A DNA stretch of 57,100 nucleotides, counting the filler, from Sphacelaria rigidula (Eukaryota): assembly GCA_964200075.2 (NCBI GenBank). It is 8 parts of 8 records of this genome, joined end to end, with 100 filler letters (N's around TTAATTAATTAA, not from the genome) between each part and the next. Parts side by side here need not be neighbours in the genome. Positions count along the whole stretch, not along the records: positions 50,052 to 57,100 come from CAXNAA020016758.1; 7 more parts are not named here. One strand, written 5' to 3'. The notes beneath the pieces are model-generated. The model was not told where the DNA came from and did not search any database. It saw only the letters and a list, made by a program, of their open reading frames with translations. This document shows, in pieces, positions 50,639 to 57,100 of the stretch (positions are counted from its first letter, which is position 1; each line of letters starts with the position of its first letter). Both the position numbers and the translations under genes were made by a program.

Positions 50639-50731
50639 GACATGCCTGGCTTCCGACTGGGACAGAAAATCGAGGGCAAGTGCGGCATGCGCGCGTCGAT
50701 GACAGCCGAGCTAGTGTTCGACGGCGTAGAG
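50639..50731 (+). CDS. IVD: Acyl-CoA dehydrogenase (isovaleryl-CoA dehydrogenase-like), internal exon A
   Basis: 93-bp exon with CAG acceptor and GTAAGT donor; encodes DMPGFRLGQKIEGKCGMRASMTAELVFDGVE (KxGMRxSxTxELxF motif). Confidence 0.88.
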
Positions 50732-52679
50732 GTAAGTGAGGAGCTCTTGACGATCGCGAGTTTCTTTTCATTTCTCGAGGATCGAATGTTTTTGCGGTCA
50801 TTCTGCGAGACGAGGGGAGGGGGGGGGGGGGCAATTCCCTGATGCAGTAGATTAATAATCACATCGGTTACCGTCAACAATTCACACTTGTTTGCATGTG
50901 CGTGTGCGTGTGCTTCTGCGTGTGCGTGTGCGTTTGGTGCAGTCGCCGGCCGTGTCCTTGCTTCTTCCTCTGTATTTGCGGCGACTCCGCCCGAAACGTT
51001 GAGGTTGAGTAGACATCTTTGTTTCTCTTCAGGTTTATATATATATGTATATATATTCAACTTTGACAACGCACAGTAACCGTGTGCGTGACCCGGAGGG
51101 TTTTCATACACAAGTTCTCTTTCTTGACGTCATCAATCAACTTTCTTCCTCACGAAACGGTGATATGGATCTTTGGTACTCTGCACCACAATCTCGGTTC
51201 ACACTGTACCTACCTTCCCCTTATTCTGCTTGGAGAAGGGGAGGCGGGGGGAGGGGTCGAGTCAGAGTTTTGCACGAAAGAGACATTTTTGGAGTAAGCG
51301 TCGCTACAAGCGTAATTTTCATCCAGAGTGTTCCTAACACATTATCTTCATACTTCCTCTGTCACATAAGTTAGAACCGAATTTTGGCGTAGATCGTATC
51401 TTTTCAACGGAGGCGCCTACGATGCTATAATTAGTTTTATCGGAAAGATATTTTTTACAGCTAACTGATGCAAAAAAAAGAAGGATTTTCGATTTTATTA
51501 CATCTCAAAGTATGGGCCAAAAAGTCCCCAAAATTCACCAATTTCGGCTACATTTCGAGAATGTTTTTGAGAATGTTTTTGAGAATTTTTAGTGTAGAGC
51601 ACACCGGGGTATCCGCGCGGCAGAGGGCGGGAACGTTGGAAAGGACGGTCAAGTACGACAAGGAGGCCTTCACAAAGGCTTGGGACTATCTGGCATGAAG
51701 CACGAGTGATGGAGAGAATGATTAACTTTTTTTTTCCCCATGTTTTTTCCTTTTTTCGGCACTTTTTTGTTCGTGGAAAAGGGGTAAAAAACGGCCTTTT
51801 TGGGGCCGACTTCTTTTTTTCTGGCCGCTACTCCACCTGGAGTGATACGAATTGAAAAACAAACAAACATTGTATTTAACTAAAAAAACGCCAAGGAATT
51901 CAATACAAGAAACGAAGACCGGTAAGGACGTCGGTGAAAAATTCGGTCCTAACTTATGTGACAGGGGAAGTAATAGTATCAAAACACCAAACGCATGTGC
52001 ATACCTAGGCTTGCACATTCGGGACAGCTTGTGAGCTGCCCCGAAGAACTAACCAACAAGGACTCTCAAATCTGTTGGTCCAAAAACACAAAAATACGTG
52101 ACCGCGGGGTCAGAGAAAGCGAGAGCGCAACCTTTGCAAGCCACTCCGCGTGCTCGGCGTCCGGTGCTCTAAGGAGCAAACGTGGGACCAAGAGTCGAAT
52201 GAGCTAGATCATGATGCGGATCAGCACACTAATAGGTAGTAATATTTAGGTAGCTCATCAGCTGTTCGACGTGTACAGGCTTGGGAACGCGTTCACTCAC
52301 AACAGAAAAATACCAACCAGACCACCTGCGAAGGTTGTGTACCACCGTCCTTCCCATTTCATGGGATATTGTATACCCAGGGCTTCACCGTAAGGCTACC
52401 GTAGACCCGTTTTGTCGGGCACGACGATCTGATAGCCATGGATCAGATACGTGTCTCATCCTATCGACTGCTACGAATGATTGATCTGGGAACCTGACTG
52501 CAGGAGTAGTTTGTCCTCCCTTTGTCCGGAAATATAAGCAACGTTGAGAAGAAAAAGCGATTCAAGTCCGGCCTTTTTTTTCTCATAACTTTTTTTTCGT
52601 GACTTTCTGTTTCTTTTTGTGTTCATTTGCTTCACTTCGATAATAAAAGCCATTTAAAAAATAAGACCATCGGGCATTG

Positions 52680-52795
52680 AAAATAATAATAATAATAATG
52701 ATTATGATTATTGTTGTTATTATAATAATTATTACATTATGATAATAAATATTATTATTATTCATTTTCATTATTTTTATTATGAATAATAAAAA
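52680..52795. repeat. (AAT/ATT)n degenerate microsatellite, intronic
   Basis: Read directly from the sequence. Confidence 0.85.
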
Positions 52796-54483
52796 TCATT
52801 TTTATTGTTTCCGTCACATTAGCTCGATCTCTCGAACTCGTGGTCACAGCGTCCAAGGAACATACCATCCATACCCATGAATCAAGAAGCCAACAGAGGA
52901 AGACTAGATACAAGAAATCCTACACGAAAAAGAAGCACCTACACTGCGAAAGATCCGTAGAAGACTGGTTTAACTACAGGAAGCCTTCTGGAAGCTACAG
53001 AGTTTCGGCGTGCAATCTCGCTGATTTCCTTGCCACACACTGCTGTCGGTCTACATAGTGTAGTAACATCGAGTAGTGCGGTAATCGAAATGTCACATGG
53101 ACAGGAACCAAACCCAGATAGATCTACTGTCTAGAGTGCTGTTCAAAGAGATCCTCTGATGAGCCTGCGCACTGGACAGCTGAACACCATAAGATAGGAA
53201 TATCCAAAAATGACAAGGCATAACAAAGACACGAGCCGATGTCAACGGGGACAAAAACGAGGAAACATGTTCTCGTGTGGGTTCTAGTCAAGTAGCACCG
53301 TCATGGAAGCACGATAGACAAGGGCGTGTCTAGGCTACGCACGACATAGCCTTATCAACAGAAAATAGAAGTTGTTCAGAGTGTCCTATATTCGACCAAG
53401 AAAACGTGGGATACCACCTGTACGTAGTGGCCACAGTGAAAACATTCTCAAAATCGAATGTAGAAATTCTCTATTTCGCCCCCCGACCGAATCCGCCACC
53501 CTGCTCTGCTCTTCTTGGCTGCAGGGTCCTCCTTGGTTGCGAGGTCGGCCTCCTGACGCAACCATCTGTCCTCACCAGCGTTCATGGCCGATGCTACCAC
53601 CCATCCTGTCCAGCGTCCATGGTCCTATATATTATCGTCGTCGTTCGTATTCAGTATCCCCTGTGCCTGAACACCTGCTCCTTCGTTATGCACCCCGGTT
53701 CTAGTCTTGAAATATATGGTCCGGGTGGCCCACCCACACCCATCTCGTCTGTCGACGGCCGCTTCTTATCCATCCTTGTCGCTGAAACCATCCTGCACAC
53801 CGGCACACGCTACCGTGTATCAAAGGCGTGGGTGCCAGCTTTCGACAGGAGTGCCATCTGCTTCTGCGCGCACAATGAATGAAACGCAACATGCCCGCAC
53901 TCAGAGTGTTGGACACATGATACTGGTTTTACTCGGGACATGCCCGCTCTCAGTGCGTTTGCATGTTGTATTTAGTGCTCAGCACAGAGGTGTGTGTGCC
54001 TGATTGATACTACGCTGTCCCAACTCTACCACCACGCCACGGCCTTACCCAGGGGCAGTAGCAAGAAGGAGTCTCTCCTTGAGGGTGAACCCGGCTTTAC
54101 ACCCGCTGAACAGATCTTCCACACGCGCACCGTTATTCCACGGTAGATTTTTGCGCTTTCATCCAGGCGTCAAGACGCAGGCACGGAAGCAGGCAGACTC
54201 GATTCCGTAGCACGGTCTGTAATCGAATCTCAGGGCTGCACGCCTTGTCATATTTTCGGGCGCTTATCCAATGGCGATACCGCTTAGCGTCCCGAGGCCT
54301 GCAGTGCCTTTGCTTTGCTGCTGTTGGGTATCACAGAAGGGTGTGCGTGCGAAGAGGGTGAGACGTTCACGATATATATATATAGTATAGTATAGTAAAA
54401 GTTTAAAAACACCGCCCATTTGTTAGTATTTTACTTCTGGGTGAGGTGTGACCACTGCTCAACGTTAAACACCCCGCGTGCAG

Positions 54484-54593
54484 GTGGGCCGGGAGAACAT
54501 GGTGGGAGAGGAGAATGGTGCTACGCTGTGCATGATGAGGAACTTGGAGATCGAGCGGGTCACTCTGGCCGCCATGGGCGTGGGGATTGGGAG
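54484..54593 (+). CDS. IVD: Acyl-CoA dehydrogenase (isovaleryl-CoA dehydrogenase-like), internal exon B
   Basis: 110-bp exon with CAG acceptor and GT donor, in phase with exon A across a 3752-bp intron; encodes VGRENMVGEENGATLCMMRNLEIERVTLAAMGVGIG(R). Confidence 0.88.
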
Positions 54594-55372
54594 GTGTGGG
54601 TGTAGATAGTCAGTCGTGTGATTGGCGACGTATATCGTGGGTGGCGTCCTATCTCTTGTCGGCATATCTTGGCGAGTTTTCTGTCGCTAATTTCTTGTGC
54701 CGTTTGTCTTCTGGCGCCCCCCTCTTCACGTGATGCGCACTTCAGCGCGTCCGGTGGCTCCACGTAGATTGGTTATTTCATACTATCCTGGCACCGGGGG
54801 CCGAGCTTGCTTAGCTCTTGGATTCTGCCAGTTTTGACATGGTCCATTTTGCATGAGTTTCCTGTCCTGTGAACGGGGTAATCAGTAGGGTTCACGATGC
54901 GGAGGGCTGCGATGCAGTAGCGACGCATTTGTTTTGTGTGTTTCTTTTGCGTCATGTGTTTTGACGGTTACACGCGGGGGGATCTAGTACCGTAATTGTT
55001 GGCGTGTCGGGGTTATACGTCGAGTATGTGGCTCGATGCCGGAGGTGTGGTCGTGCGTGCACGTTCAATCCTCTCCCTTGGCTACTTGACAACAATGGTG
55101 CCTTTCTATCCAACCCTAATCGGCTGTCAGCCGTGTCCTGTCATCAGCCTCATGAAAGATGACAGTTGTTTGTGCCCATCGAACTGATCCACCGGTAGCC
55201 AGAAGCAGAGCCCTAAGATCGAAGACATTTCAGAGCACGCAGCTGTTATTCCTCAGTTTTTGTTGTAATCCATATTTGGGCTATTTGTCTCTCTCGGATT
55301 CCCATCATGAGCGAGCAATCCCCCTCCCCTCTCCCCTCTCCCCTCTCCCCTCTCCCCTCGATACCGTCTCAG

Positions 55373-55448
55373 ACGATGCGTGGAGGTGATGAACGCCTAC
55401 GCAAAGGAACGGCGAGCTTTCGGGAAGCCCATCAACACATACGGTCAG
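55373..55448 (+). CDS. IVD: Acyl-CoA dehydrogenase (isovaleryl-CoA dehydrogenase-like), internal exon C
   Basis: 76-bp exon after a pyrimidine tract plus CAG, with GTCAGT donor, in phase with exon B across a 779-bp intron; encodes (R)RCVEVMNAYAKERRAFGKPINTYGQ. Confidence 0.88.
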
Positions 55449-55564
55449 GTCAGTCCCCGTGCGGCTACTCTCAATCTTAGCCTTGTTCTACATTCATACA
55501 TGAGACGGCCTCAAGCTGAGCTTTGGAAAGTACACAAGTGGAACGCCAGACATTGATTCAGTAA

Positions 55565-55865
55565 AGTTAACCGGCGTTGGGCTCTACATATGTTCATGGT
55601 TGACACATCACTTGATTTGAGTGCGTGCAACGAGAATCGGATGTTTAGTAGGGATGACAGTCCCGTGTGCTCCTCGCGTGCGTAGAACGCATTTTCGTCG
55701 AAATCGGCGCCTAGGGGTCTACTAAGGCCGTACTTCGCCTAGGGAATGCCATGTACCGCCCTTGCCCGAGGGTTCTCGGTGTGCGTTGGGTTGGGGTTAG
55801 GGTTAGGGGTAGCGATACTTATAAAATGTTAACCATGGACATTTGTAGCCCAACGTCGACCAACT
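55565..55865. mobile_element. MITE with internal TTAGGG units, copy 2 (intronic, inverted relative to copy 1)
   Basis: AGTTAACCGGCGTTGGGCT...TTGTAGCCCAACGTCGACCAACT. The interior is the reverse complement of 17546-17869, with TTGGGGTTAGGGTTAGGGG at about 55791-55809. Confidence 0.85.
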
Positions 55866-56384
55866 ACCCTCCTCCATTGTTTTCTGTGAATCAATCTACT
55901 ATCTATTCAGCACGGATGAAGGTGGACAGCCGTGATCACTACGAGCAGCTATTCAAACTTTCTCATTCTTGTAACAGTAGACAGGCTGCCGTCGGTCACC
56001 CCCCGCCGTCCGCGGCTTATTCCTGATTTTGGGGGGTCTCTACCTTCCACGCAGATATTTACCAGTGATGTATGATCATCTGAAGATGTGAAGGGAAGCC
56101 GTATAATATGTCCGCATTGATGATTATTTTTTCTCCTGCACCACTACGCTTCTTTTTTTTTCTTCATCCTTGGATAAGTCCACGTGCGTGTCGTACCGTA
56201 CGGTCGTACAAGTAGCATGATCCAAGCAGACGTCGAAGAACACCGAGCGCTGAAGTTGAGCCTGCGTTTTATTTTTTTTGTTCTAACGAGCATATTGTTG
56301 AAGCGCAGTAGTTCATCTTTTGTGTCCAGTATGCGCGTTTTGAGAAGAAACATCTGTGGAAACCGGCAGGCATTGCTCTTATTA

Positions 56385-56762
56385 GTATTGTTGTTATTGT
56401 TATTGTTGTTATTGTTATTGTTGTTGTTGTTGTTGATGATGTTATTATTATTATTCTGTCTCAATTTCGATCCGTCCCCTTCCTCGGGTCGAGTCCGTGG
56501 TCTCAAGCAATATACCCATCTCTTCCCTGGTACATACCCAAAATTTTGGTATCGAGTATTGGATCATGACTAACACTCCCGCACCGCGTCGACTTTCCTC
56601 CAACACACTTTTCTCGCTACCCATGCCCTCACGTTTTCAGTGACGGAGATCAGATACTCATCACAAAGCACCAATTTGCATGTGCCGGAAAATAAAACAA
56701 AATAAAACACATTATTCCGATCTAATTGGTTACGTTGTATCAATTTGACCACCGGGACGCGG
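56385..56762 (-). mobile_element. SINE family 2 copy with an (AAC/AAT)n microsatellite tail
   Basis: Body matches 39000-39115. The minus-strand head starts GTCCCGGTGGTCAAATTG and the tail is the (TTG/TTA)n tract at 56385-56455. Confidence 0.65.
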
Positions 56763-57100
56763 CGGCGTATAGGAAGGGTACAGTAAAATGCCCGCGAGTG
56801 TCTGCCGAGGACCGAACACCCTTTTCACTCAACCGCATTTTTCACCCCCTTCCCCCCACGCGAGTCGCCGAACACATGACGGCGCTTCGCGCTTGGTGAT
56901 TGCGAACCTGGTCCGGCGAAAATCCGGCGTGCTCCGTCCCGGCTTTGTAGGGATGCGAGGTCAATGATCTCATCACTACAGGCTGGTTCACGGTGATCAC
57001 CCAAAATTGTGTCATCAGCAAATGCCTTCCGCAATACGCACCCAATAGTCGCATATATGGTATCATACTGACCGCAATGAAGAGACGAAGAGGGTGACAT

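Noticed and set aside
14623-55448. Functional clustering of XDH/AO, EsV-1-7 and acyl-CoA dehydrogenase genes
   Set aside because: They lie on different artificially joined contigs.

Overview
Eukaryotic, repeat-rich DNA, most likely from a brown alga (Phaeophyceae). This is inferred from an EsV-1-7 repeat gene, short GT-AG exons separated by kb-sized introns, TTAGGG repeats and stramenopile-type gypsy elements. The window is not one locus. It is eight contigs of 7051, 7051, 7050, 7050, 7050, 7050, 7049 and 7049 bp, joined in descending length order by identical artificial 100-bp spacers (N44-TTAATTAATTAA-N44), so neighbourhood across spacers means nothing. Mobile elements: two degenerate Ty3/gypsy LTR retrotransposons, a Ty1/copia fragment, a TA-flanked mariner-like non-autonomous family, a MITE family carrying telomere-type repeats and two tRNA-derived SINE families. 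Host genes: one exon of a xanthine dehydrogenase/aldehyde oxidase, three exons of an isovaleryl-CoA-dehydrogenase-like gene, and an intact exon encoding about 11 tandem EsV-1-7 (C-x4-C-x16-C-x2-H) repeats. Several long hairpins and micro/minisatellites are also present. The best candidate for something new is the EsV-1-7 array: a near-invariant scaffold with variation concentrated at a few positions, suggesting a TALE-like modular recognition code (inference only). No CRISPR array, rRNA or genuine tRNA was found.
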